Positions 25,325 through 37,901 of a DNA stretch of 43,785 nt are shown here, piece by piece. Each line of letters starts with the position of its first letter. The stretch's first letter is position 1. Source of the stretch: Parasitella parasitica NRRL 2501. Its lineage: Eukaryota > Fungi > Mucoromycota. The position numbers were made by a program, and so were the translations under genes. Below the pieces are notes generated by a model. The model was given only the letters and a program-made list of their open reading frames with translations. It made no database searches and was not told the origin of the DNA. The DNA lies in NCBI GenBank assembly GCA_025201805.1, contig MU619255.1, positions 68,214 through 111,998 on the forward strand. The letters run 5' to 3'.

Positions 25325-27460
25325 ATGCTTCGATCTACACTTCTGTTCCTGACGGTATTGTGGAGCGCAACTACAACGGCATCGGCACAAATAGCTCTAG
25401 CCAAAACATGTAATTTACAGAGCTAAATCACGAACCAAGGCAGTGAGCTAATACACTTCTAACACCCCCCCAGGTTGTGGACTCATGTCTGGCAAAGTGT
25501 ATTGTTATGGCGGTATTGGTTTTACCAGTCCAACCGAAACAAAGGTAGAAAATACCTTGCTAGCATTAGATATTACCAGCAAAACGGAAGTTTATATCGA
25601 TGACTTACAAGACATGTGGACAAATATCATTTACAATGCGAACGGTGTAGACCTTACGCCTCGAGAAGACCCGCAATGCCTTGTCATCACTGAGCAAAAC
25701 CGCATGATTATCAATGGTGGCTACGAAACCACCGGAAGCAGTCTTAAAAATGCAAATATCCTATACCATGCATTGCAGAATAAATGGTTTGCCAATAACG
25801 ACTATGTAGAACCGAATTTTTCAAAAAGACAAATGTTGGTGAACAAAAACAGACATCAATCTCTGATTGAGCCACAAGACTAATGCTTTCTTTAGATATT
25901 ATGGATCTGCTAGCTACGTGCCTGATAAAGGCGCTGCTTTCTACGGGGGATACGAAGAGTTTGTTTAGTCACCAGGATCTTTAGCATGTGTCACTGACAG
26001 TATTTGCATCATTAGACACGTCTATCCAAACTGGGGATTATATAAAACCAATACGACGCTTTTCACGTTTGCGAATAATGCATCAGGAACAATTGGCTAT
26101 CCATCCGTAACGTATTATAACGTTGAGAACGTTGCAGCAAGTATTCCCATTGCGTATATACTATATAAAAAGGCATGAATTAATGAATATCTGCTCAACA
26201 GGATCCTTGGAATAGACCTGCTACTTTGACAGATGCTTACGATCAATTCTCAGCCAAACATCAGTCTGTGTTTGATCCTGCCACCAAGATGCTTCTGTTT
26301 ATGGGAGGAGAGTATCGATTGAATAACCCTGCATCACATGACGCTATTTTACGCCCTTACAACCGCATAAAAGCATTTTACACTGAAACAAATATATGGA
26401 GCTTCATAGACCTTACTGGCGACATGCCCGAGCCAGGCAGGCTTTATTCAACGTTGACATTGTGTATGTAAAATGTAGCGAAAGAGTCAGTAGCTTTGCT
26501 TACAGATACAATATGTATGTCTACATTATAGTGCCTTCTACAAATCAACACGTTATGTTATATGGTGGCGAAAATAACGATAAAGGTAGCCCATATGTAA
26601 CCCATCTACTACCACCATTTTGCTGATTTTCTGTACATGCATAATCAAGTCGCATTGGACTACTGTTTTATTTTGAATTTAGTAAACAGAACATGGACAA
26701 AACAGACCATAAATGCACCTAATGGGACCATCTTATCGAGATCAAGGCACTCGGGTATACAGAGTAGTTTCTTTATACATCAGAATGTATATTAACGTAC
26801 ATGTATCAAATAGCTGTGTCTGTCGACAAAAATACCGTATTTATAATGTGGGGTATCGATAGCAACAATGCTGGCACTCGATCAATGCTCATCCTGGACA
26901 CAACGGATCCTTATGCTATTAAGCTCTCGGATAAATACACTGCTTCAGACGACGGCAATTTGAAACCATTTGTCGTCCAAGGCATCAGTGATGGCCTTAA
27001 GGCTGGAATTGCTCTTGCAAGTGCTGCTGTTGTAAGTCTTTTTTTTTAAGCATTGAAATTACGCATATGTTTATTTGTTTCTTTTTGATAGCTTGCGTTG
27101 GGTGCTCTTTCCATTTGGTTTTGCATCCGCAACAAGAAAAGAAACAGAAAAATAAAGGAGCAAGAAAGGGAGATTGCAAAACGGCAGCAAGAATCCGAGT
27201 ACTACAATAGAACTGATGTAGAGCCCATGGAGGTTGATTGGGATGTAATTGAGAATAAGTGCACGGAAATGTCTACAGCTGATACAAAGGGTAACGTTGG
27301 CGCTATTTTTGGTAACGAAACATCCACTACGCTTGTCAGTAGAGTTGAGACGCCTTCAGCAACGGCAGAAGTAATACTTCCTGACGTTGAAACGCATCAG
27401 CCCAATACTATAGATTCATCAGAGCCGCCTAGGGTGTTAAAGCCTGATGGTGCACAATAA
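25325..27460 (+). CDS. Kelch/beta-propeller type-I membrane protein, paralog 2
   Basis: Signal peptide MLRSTLLFLTVLWSATTTASA; same blade motifs and intron positions as paralog 1; TM; tail ending KPDGAQ. Confidence 0.85.
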
Positions 27461-27831
27461 TTGTTTTCAATAAATCAAAAATGTACATACTTTAACTATT
27501 ATCTAGCGACAATGGAGGGGGAGGGGAGGCAAGGCTTGCATCTTGATGTGTGCTTTAGCAAAGCCTTAATGTATAACATTATAATCCGTGGTGAATTTTT
27601 AATTTTTGTTGCACAAAAGCGGGTCTGATGACAACTATGCCAGGAGCAGATCCCCAAACAATGAAATGCTTTTCTGTGCTCATGTAATGTATATGTGCTG
27701 TACTGTATATATAGAATTTCTACTTGTCAAGTTACACACCAAGCCCCTGTAGCGTCGCAAAGCATTATATAGCAGAGTATCTGGCTTTGATGGCTTCTTT
27801 CAGTTGTGTTTTTTTTTCTGTATCAGAATCT

Positions 27832-30018
27832 ATGTGTCAATCTGCACTTTTGCTGTTGGTGGTGATATTGAGCACAGCTTCGACATTACTCGCAGAAATC
27901 ACAGCTAGGGCCAATACATGTGATTTAAAGAGTTGTGGAATAAAGCACGACAGCAGACTAATACATCCGTAAACTTTTAGGTTGCGGACTCATGTCTGGC
28001 AAAGTATATTGCTATGGAGGCTTAAGCTTTACCAGTCCAACAGATGCAAAGGCAGACACTGCCTTGTTATCATTAGATATCAGCACAAAAAGTGGAGTCC
28101 ACACAGACGAACTACAAGACATGTGGGAGCTTGAATTGTACGATACAAATGGTGTACAACTTTCGCCTCGAACAGACCCGCAATGTCTCGTCGTTACGGA
28201 GCAAAATCGCATGATTGTCAACGGCGGTTATGATGCGACTGTTGGACACCGTTTGGAGAATATAAACACCATGTATGATGCGGCACAGAGAAAATGGATC
28301 CCTACTATTGATTATTCGGAAACCTATTGGGGATACAGACAAATGTAGGTAGACATAATGTATACCATGGTTGCATCATTAGCCCGTCAAGTTAATCATG
28401 CTTTCTTTAGATATTACGGATCCGCTAGCTATGTGCCTGGCAAAGGTGCTGCTTTTTACGGTGGATATGAAGAGTTTGTATGATCTATAGCAAGTCGCGA
28501 CGTGTATCACTGATGATCTAATTAGATACATAAACACAAATTGGGGATTGGGAGCCACTAATGCTTCGGCTTTCGCCTTTGGTGACAATAGCGCCCGTAC
28601 AATCGGCTATCAATCGGTGACCTATTTTGATGCCAACATTAAGTCTGCAGCAAGTATCGCATATCTAGTACCTTGAGTTCGTGTAGCCTTAGTATTGACA
28701 GCTCATTTGTTTCGCAGGACGCCTGGCATACACCCACCCCTTTGACAGACGCTTACGATCAATTCTCTGCCAAACACCAATCCGTGTTTGACCCTTTCAC
28801 TAACTTGCTTCTCTTTATGGGTGGCGAATATCGAATCAATCGACAGCGAGGCTCTACCGACGCTTTGCTACGTCCTTACAACCATATAAAAGCATTCAAC
28901 ACTGAAACTAATGTTTGGAACTACATGAATCTCACTGGGGATGTGCCAGCACCAGGCAGACTATACTCAACATTGACATTACGTATGTTAAACAGGGCGA
29001 AATTTTCAATTTACTAAAAACAAAAAATATGCACAGTACCTTCTACAAACCAGCACGTTCTCTTATTTGGTGGTGAACTAAATGATAATGGTAATTCAAA
29101 TGTACCCAGATTATTGTCGTTTGCTTATCTCCTATGTATATATATATATATGTAAACATGTAAACACATAGTGCTTTCTGATTACTGTTTCATCTTGAAT
29201 TTATACAACAAAACGTGGACGAAACAGACGATAAATGCACCTAACGGAACCATATTGGCAAGATCAAGGCACTCAGGTATGTCAAATAAAGTATGAATGC
29301 ATTAATGCATCTAAAATTTTGCATATAATCATTAGCTGTATCTATCGACAGAAATACTGTACTCATAATGTGGGGCATCGATAGCAACAATGTTGGCACT
29401 CGCTCTATGCTTATATTAGACACAACAGACCCCTATGCCATTAAATTATCGAGTATATACACTGCTTCAGACGACAAATTGCGACCGTTTGTCGTCCAAG
29501 TCATTAGTGATGGCGTTAAGGCCGGGATTGCTATTGCAGGTGCAGCTGCTGTAAGTCTTTAAAAAAAAAAAAACTAACTGTTTATACGAAATAGCGTATT
29601 TGTGCTCATCACCCCTCCCCCTTTTTCTTCTCACTAGCTTGCTTTGGTTGCGCTTTCCATTTGGTTTTGTATGAATAGAAAGAAGAAAAAGAGAAAGATG
29701 AAAGAGCAGGAAAGAGACATTGTAAAGCAGCAGCAGGAATCCGAGTATTACAACAGAACTGATGTAGAATCGATGGAAGTTGATTGGGATGAGATTGATA
29801 ACAAGTGCACCGAGATGTCTGCAGGCGATGCTGCTTACAAAAAGGATGATTCTGGTCATGTCTTGAGTGACGAAACTACTGCCGCGCTTGTCAGCAGGAT
29901 TGAGACGCCTTCGGCAACAGCGACAGTATTGCTTCCTGATGGCATCGAAGCACATCAGCCCAATACTTTAGATTCACCGCGACCACCCACGGTGATAAAG
30001 CCTGACGGGGGACACTAA
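27832..30018 (+). CDS. Kelch/beta-propeller type-I membrane protein, paralog 3
   Basis: Signal peptide MCQSALLLLVVILSTASTLLA; same exon structure; TM; tail ending KPDGGH. Confidence 0.85.
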
Positions 30019-30137
30019 TGACTTTCAATAAACTCAAAATACATACTTTTTATTCATAACGTAGCGATTATCGTAGCATAAAGTTGGTTATCACATAAAA
30101 AAAGAAGCTACATTGTTAAAACAGACATATGCACAAG

Positions 30138-30834
30138 TTACTCTTTGCAGTTGGTCAATTGATTTATCAGATCCTTGTTACTTTGCTCAATGATATCCAA
30201 TTCGCGTTGATTTTGATCATTGAGCATCTTTCGAACTTTGTTTCTTGCAATTCGAAAGCCTTCAACGCTGTGTCTCTTCTTGTCATTGGGATCTACACGT
30301 ACACGAAAAAAAAAAAAAAAAAAAGAAGAATACAAAGAATCATTATCCACAGCTATTATGTACAAAGGCAAACATACAGATGTTAACTATAACCTTCCTG
30401 AGAGTGTCATCGATTGTCTTGGCGTCAAATAGAGTGGAAACCTTTGAAGCATCAGGTAGATTTTGAGCCAAGAATGCCATCAATCGAAATTGCAAGCTTG
30501 CGGCAGGCTCGAAATTGTGTTTAAATGAAGCTTCATTGTTGATTTGCAGGTATTGAGTCTGGATATGAGTTGTACGATAGGCATTGCCAAGTCTGTTTTT
30601 CCAATGTTCAACAGAGAACGCTCCCATAACAGTTACCTTGTCAGTGTCTTTCAATTCGGTGATAATGTGCTCCAGCATGGCCTCGTCTGTGATATGAGCA
30701 TTGTAATACTCAGTGTTGTCCTTCACAAGCCGAATTGAAGAGCGAAAGCTGCTACCGTTATAATGCAAGATTGGCATTTTATGAATAGTCGCATTTATAA
30801 CCTTGATCAAGTCTTGGTTGTCTTGAAGGTTCAT
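30138..30834 (-). CDS. Hypothetical protein with SSB-like OB-fold N-terminal region, 2 exons
   Basis: gccaaaATG at 30834; EYYNAHITDEAMLEHIITELKDTDKVTVMGAFSVEHWKNRLGNAYRTTHIQTQYLQI; intron 30377-30293 (GTATGT..GTAG) joins in frame to YPNDKKRHSVEGFRIARNKVRK.. Confidence 0.65.
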
Positions 30835-31345
30835 TTTGGCAATGTAGATGAATGGAGAAAGAAAAGAAGCCATACGGAGATGACAGAAGACAGCTGCTTG
30901 ATAGCTCATTGAGCTAATTAGTGGCGTTGTGTGTATGTTTATTGTTATCATTCATGCCGTTTGTTTTGAGTTTCATGTGTCCACATGGAGGAGAGTTCCA
31001 GGCAGCAGCAGATGTCCATACCCTTACCAATGATGCATATGTAAGAAACTCTACATCCACACTATTGGCCGTTGATCTTGTAGCATTTTACACATGCTTA
31101 GATTGGTTGCCAGTCAGGATTTGGAAGTGGATACCATGGCTTAGACACGGAAGCTAACCAAGACTCTGTTCTGCATGTGTTCTCATCAGATGTGAGCCAG
31201 ATACTGTATTCACAACGGCTAGCAAACAGTGATGTGACTCTGAATCTTGCAGATGGATTCGGCAAACATAAACTTTTGCAATGCATGTTGCTCTTTCTAT
31301 CTCGCGTTTAGCAACTGATAAAAAACTGAAAAAAAAAAAAAAACG

Positions 31346-34300
31346 ATGGCTAAAGTCGAGCAAGACTATAATCCAACCAAGCCAGGGCAATCTATGCTGG
31401 AATCTGCTCCGAAGTTGCCTAGGAATGACCAAGAAGAGATTGCCATTTTCGATTTGAAAGTAGATCAGACAGACACCACCGACACTATTTCCAGCCCTCG
31501 ACATGGGCCGGGAAAAGCGAGCAAGAAAGCAAATCCTAAAAACGAACGTGAAAAGCTGAATGATTACTGGAATACTGAAGAAACAGTAGAGCTCTATGGT
31601 AAGGGACGACGAAGAACAAGATCAGCCGTCGCTGTAGGCCACAGAGCTTCTGAACAGGAACAGGAACAGCATGCTATGACGATCGATGAAACAACAAGCA
31701 ACAATCCATTCGTCGGTGGCACTCAAGACATTTATCCACTTCATGGAAATGCTCGTTCAGTGGAGGTTGGGCCGCACAGCGATATATTAGATGGACTCGG
31801 CTCGCCAGCCAATGTTTTATCATCACGAAGCTCCGTAATTGATGTAGTAGGAAATGATGATCTGGAGCACTATGAATCAAAAATAGCAGCTGGAAATAGT
31901 ACTAGAAGACGGTTTGACGCTGTGCGAGACCTTGGTCCTTCTTTAACGTCGCTCCCATACCAACAACCAGCTACACATGATACTGATACAAATCAAGCAA
32001 TGTTCACGGAGCAACATCATCCGCAATTTTCAGCCACAGCTAACCAAATGCCCGTATTCGAGCCACCATCCAACATCGGGATGGACAACATGTTCCAGAC
32101 AAATATGTCGTATACAAACACAAGCGGTATACCAGACAACACAATGCTGCTCAAGAGAAAGCTCTCTGATTTCGACATTGACCACCAAGATAGTTCTTTG
32201 AAACAACTTGCGGACGCTAGGATGAATCCACAGGACCAAGACAACTTTGCTCGAGCTAACAAAAGACCGGCAATGAAAAAAGCAAAGAAAGTTGTGGATA
32301 ATGCGCCCAATAGTGGCAACAGAGGAGGGGGCGTCGAAACAGCAGCAAAATCTAAGCCCAAGGCAGCGCCCAAAGCCAGGCCTAAAGCTAAATCTATGGA
32401 AAAAGCAAACTCTCAATTGCAGCTTCAAGAACAAGATCTTATGAATACAACCACAAGCGATAGTGCTCCTCCCAAATCCACTCCTGCAAAGCCTAGACCC
32501 AAGCCAAAAGCCAAAGCTCAATCCCACCTTCCTCCCGATGGAGACAATACCCCAAACATTGCTTCTGATGTTGCGACTGTAGCTACTGATTCTGCCCCTG
32601 TAAAACCTAAAGCTAAACCGAGAGCTAAGGCTAAACCTAAGAGTAAACCAAAATACATAAAACCCAATCATTCTCTTCTTGCTAATGAATGATCATGCTT
32701 CTTTAGATATGAATGCTGATACTGATACGCCTGAAGCTGCCACTACCGCTGCAAAGCCTGGATCTAAGGATGAACCAGACGACCAGACTGAACCTTCTCT
32801 TCCTGTCGATGGCCATATTCCTTTAGGTAGCAACAGTGATGTTGGTGCATTATCTGCCACCACAGTTGCTGCAAAATCCAAATCGAAAGCCAAATCTAAA
32901 GCTAAAGCTCAACCAAAGGGCAAATCAACAAATAGAAAACAACCTCTTCTTTCCCCTGATGCTAATAACCCTTTGGATATCAATGATGATGTTGATAATT
33001 CAATTCAGGTTTCTCCAGTCCCCAAAACTAAAGCCAAAGCTAAAGTCAAAGCCAGGCCCAGAGTCAAGGCTAAATCAACCAAAACAGTTCAACCTCCTCC
33101 ATCTGCTGATGGCCAACCCTCTCTTGCTGCTGGCGATGACCATCTTCTTTTTAATGATGGCCAGCCTCCTCTTTACAGTGAGGACCAAGTTGTTATAGAA
33201 ATCGGGTCTACAGATTCTACTACAACTGAGACTACCAGTGATCTTATTGCTCCTCCTCCAAAACCAAAAGCCAAGCCTAGGGCTAAAGCTGAATCAAAGG
33301 CTAAATCGAGCAAAAAAGCACAAACACCCCATCCTGATGCTGACTATAATCCTTTGGATTTCGAGGCTGCGGTGCGAAAGCCTAAACCTAAAGCCAAGTC
33401 TAAAGCCAAGGCCGAACCTAAAGCTAAATCATACCCCAAAGCACAACCTCCTCTTGAACATGTTCCTTCGGATAACATTCCTGATATTGACAACATAGTG
33501 GAAAATGCTGTTGCAACAGCCCCAAAACCCAAACCCAAACCCAAACCTCGAAAGAAAGCAGAACCAAAGGCAAAGACAGCATCCAAGGCTAAATCGCGTA
33601 TTCCTGCTGATGATCATAGCGCGGCAAATGTCATTGATGCAACTGACAGTGAAATTACCGCTGCTGTGGGGCCAAAAGCTAAAGCAAATGCCAAGACACA
33701 ACCTCTTCTTCCTGCCGATGATCATAATGCTCCTTTGGATAATGTCTCTGTAGATACTCCTAATACGAGCAAAGCTGCTGATGAGGAAACCATTGATACT
33801 GATCAGCCCAAAAGAGCATCTCGATTTAAACGAAAACCACGGCCAGAATATGCAACAGACGTCGAAAGCATCGCAGTGGACGATGACGAGCATCTGCAGC
33901 AACCTACGAAAGCTGCCAGTCGTCGACCAGTAAAAAAATTAAAAACCAAGAAGGCGATGGTCTATGATGAAGATTCTGAGATGGAGGATGCTATTGTTTC
34001 GGATTATTCAGCTGAAGATTTGGACCAACAGCCTCGTGCCAAGCCTCGGCATCCACCTACAAGAAAAGCCAAAGGTAAAAAGAAAATGCATTCGGACGAC
34101 GATGGAAACTTTGAGTTGCAAGAATTTGATGAGCATGATGAGCCTGGAGCGCCAATATCACGTGGTCAATCAGCAAGAATATCTCGCAGGAAGAAGCAGC
34201 TGCCTATTTATATGGAAGCTTCTGACTTGGACGAGGATGTTGACTCTTTGGACGAAGAAGCGGATCAAAACGAAGAAGCAGATCAAAACGAGGAACCAGT

Positions 34301-34863
34301 TTCTCTTGAATATTTTCTCGAAAACGAAAATAGCTTCTTGGCCAATGCAGATCTCAAAGTAAGCTGATCTTCAAGTCATACATTTGCTCTTCCACAGTGG
34401 GCTCACAACATGATATTTTTTTTTGTAGCTGCTAATTCCCCAATTAATGCAAGCACTGCCTGCAAGTGAAAAGGCTGAATTGGCGAAATTGCTTCCTCCC
34501 CCTGACGTCGTGGGCAAAAATAACTCTACACTAACTATTCATCCCGAGTTTACATCAGCATCCAACAACTTTTTCTGGGAAGCGGTAATGAAATGGCAAG
34601 AAGTATTGCAGATGGGTGGATTTGACAAAGAAAACAAGAAAAGAAGAGAGGAACTGCGTGCTCAAAGTGTAGATCATTCGTTCAAAGACGATAATTACGA
34701 AGAGTATTGGGGCGAAAGACTCGAAAGAGACAAGGAGTCAAAGCTGAAAGCACAAACAAGTAAGGGACGAGCTGGTTTTGGAGGTCGTGGAGGTCGTGGA
34801 GGCCGTGGGGGACGTGGGGGCCGTGGCCGTGGCCGTGGCCGTGGTAGACCCAAGTCAACGTAA
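31346..34863 (+). CDS. Large Lys/Pro/Ala-rich low-complexity protein with C-terminal ASXH (DEUBAD) domain and RGG/AT-hook tail
   Basis: YFLENENSFLANADLK|LLIPQLMQALPASEKAELAKLLPPPD..NNFFWEAVMKWQEVLQMGGFD..FKDDNYEEYWGE; repeated PKAK modules; GGRGG repeats ending GRGRPKS; the two long ORFs can be joined by intron 32643-32706. Confidence 0.8.
34770..34852 (+). repeat. G-rich coding microsatellite (GGR / GR repeats; RGG box plus AT-hook)
   Basis: ggaggtcgt x2, ggccgt repeats, then ggtagacccaag. Confidence 0.85.
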
Positions 34864-35668
34864 AATCTCAAAAGAAAAATGAATAACGCAAAAGTATCTT
34901 GATAGTCAAAAATTTGTAATATAGTCATACCTCTTCATTATTGAAGCAAAATAGCTCAATGTGGTTTTTTTTTTAAAAAAAAAAACAATGTTCTAAAATA
35001 ATACGAAATAAAAATTAGTATGATGCATATGTTATGAGCTGAAAGCATCATATGCTCGTATTTGTGAGATTGTTCTTCTCGAGCCATCCAAGCGTATTCA
35101 TTTTTATTGATTTGACACAATGTAATTGACATTGCTATAAAAACCCTTAATTTTAAGACTTTATACACATGAAAACTAGGTATTGACTCCAACGGTATGA
35201 AGTGTTCGTTCAATGTGTAGACACTTTGTAAACTTCAACAACAGAAACTCAAGGAAGTTCTATTGTGAATAGATGTATTCTTGTTTATCCAGACCCGTTT
35301 CTAAGCCGGTGGTGCAATGCTCATTAATACATATATATGCATATGCAGGGTTTTCTATGAAAGGTTATAAAAAAAGAGCTTTTAAATGCATAAAGTGATA
35401 ACCAAAAATGTTTTGTAGATAATGTTGAGACTATAAAAGCCTCCTTTCTTTTGTAGATGCGTACATATTTAAATGCACTTGGCGTGAAATAACCAATAAT
35501 GCCTCAACTATATATAATGTTATTAAACGTTGTACCGTCCCCTGATTACACTGCTTTTATTTTGTATTTGCAAAAAAAAAAAAAAAAAGAAAAATAGAGA
35601 GAAAGAGAACGGGAAAGTGCTATTTTATACATATATACAACTGATTAGATACGATATGAAAGGGGTAT

Positions 35669-37616
35669 TTATATGTAAAAGATTTCAGTAAGGTCTGCTG
35701 CAGAATCATGATTAGATTGTTCCTTCTTATTGATAATTAAATCATAAAAGCAGCCATCGCATACTCGGTGCCATTTTTCTACAGAATCCGTGGATGCAAA
35801 CAGAGGCAGTCGATTTAGACTATGTCTTTGACAAACAATGATACCACATCTATACAATCATAAGTTTATATGTGTTATTAGAAAAGACCTAGACGTTGAA
35901 CACACACGAACCTTCTGCAATGATGCCTTCGTTTGAAGAAATGAAATCGCGTGCTACATGGCGTATGAGCAGTTTTAAATTGGCACTGCGTTGCTTGATG
36001 ATCAGGTATCCATTGCGATTGGGGTATTAATTTGAATCGTGTATTGCGGTCGTGCCTACTGATATGAAGCATGTAATGATGTCTATGAAATCGGAGATGC
36101 TCAATGGATAAAGAATATGTAAATGACTGCAAGCAGCAACAGCAACCGTTAGCACATTAGAATACACCCAGTGTCGCTCAATTTACCTTTTGTTGCCTAT
36201 ACATTTCGGAAGAGCCAGATGATAAAGGAGAGGGGGGGATTCTTGGTGAGGGTGCTGATGTTGATAAAATAACATCAGCAGGTGCAGTCGCAATAGTTCC
36301 TGATCCAGCAATTATCAACTCGATGCCATTTAATGGGCTTTCAAACGAATGTATCACGTGTCCAGTTCCCACTCCTCCTCCAACCCATAATCCTACTTCC
36401 CAACGCAGCATACTAACAAAGTCTTCCATTGAGCTGATTTGAACAATATCGCCAATAGGTCGGTTGAAATCCCACTGCTGTTGTCGCGGTCGCTGATATC
36501 GATTTGAGGTACTCGCACTACTGCTGTAATTATCATTGGCCTTTCTCCTGTTTCTCGATGGCTGGCCCTGTTCTGAACTTTGCCAGCGATAAACAGTAGA
36601 TACTGTCGTTGCTGTAGTGGAAGTAGTTGATGTGGTAGCAGATAGAGTCATGCATCTACTATTTTTGCTGCTGTTTGACGTTTTTCTATCTTTAGCAGTA
36701 ACATGCAAATCTCTATCAAGTTCCACAAGATGATCCATCAAATATTGCTGCTGCTGTGCAACCTGCTCACATTCGTCTAATCTGCGTTGGTATAGCTTTT
36801 CTCTTTCTTCGTACTCCTCCAGCATGGTCTTCTGCAATAAGACGAGCTCTCTTACTTTACCTTCTGTTCTCAAGAGCTCCGTTGATATTGATTCCAAGTT
36901 TTCAGAGTAGGTGATCAGCCTAGACATCAGACTCAAAAATTCTTCATGCCATTTTTGTTCGTCCTCTAAATTATGCACGACGTCTTGCTGCTCTTCCATA
37001 GCTCGAGATTGCACAAGCGAATTTGTTGTTGGACATAGTATGCTAAGGGGTGATAAAGGCCGAGTGCTGGCATTATCTAATTGATCTACGCTACATGTAT
37101 GGATGGAAAACGGTATTGGCGAAAGTAATGGCTCTTGCTCCAATTCGTCTACATGATATCGCTGCATAGCCCTAGTGATGCCAGTAACTTTTGCTCGTAC
37201 AATATCGAATTCATCAATGTGAGGATCAAATTGTTTCTGATGATTGACGTTTTTCGTCATTTGAGCAGGAAAGTCAATGAAACAATCATTGTCATGAAAT
37301 GAGCTTGTCGCTGTTACTGTTGTTGTGCTAGTTGCTGTAATAGCTGCTTTGTTAACTAGAATGAACATTTTAATTAAATACACATATGTAAAATAAATAA
37401 ATAAAAAAAAAAGGGAAAGGAAAGAAGAAGAAGAAAAAAAACACCCAAATTATAGGGGATCATCAACTTACAGTAATAATTTAATGAAAAATTATAAAGA
37501 AAAGGAGATGGATGTCTCTGATGGCTGTTTTGGTTGTTGTAGTTGTAACTGTTTAGCTTATTGGTAGGGGCGTAAAAGCAACTCTTGTCATCCGCTGCAG
37601 TGACGTTAACTTGCAT
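35669..37616 (-). CDS. Coiled-coil + C-terminal FYVE zinc finger protein, ~4 exons
   Basis: WIPDHQATQC..RRHHCRR|CGIIVCQRHS..RVCDGCF FYVE signature; central heptad-rich E/Q/L region; in-frame GT-AG introns. Confidence 0.85.
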
Positions 37617-37869
37617 ATGATGAGAAGAGAGAGGAGGACGAGTGTCATCATCGCCATTATGCTGTGCATCTAATGGCCATCCTATCGAGCCCTATGGGTT
37701 TGGTCAGTTGAAACGTCGAATCAAACATATCAGGTAAACCAACATTTGTGAGTGTATTAGTTATATGTAAACCGTCTTCTGACATTTGATCTAATAGATT
37801 TGCCATAGGTTTTCCAAGAACTTCTCTTTTCTAGATAGCATTGAATATATAAACAATCGATAAAAAGAG

Positions 37870-37901
<32 letters not shown>

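Noticed and set aside
32017-33902. Antisense ORFs (118-213 aa) opposite the PKAK repeats
   Set aside because: A consequence of low-complexity codon usage on the sense strand
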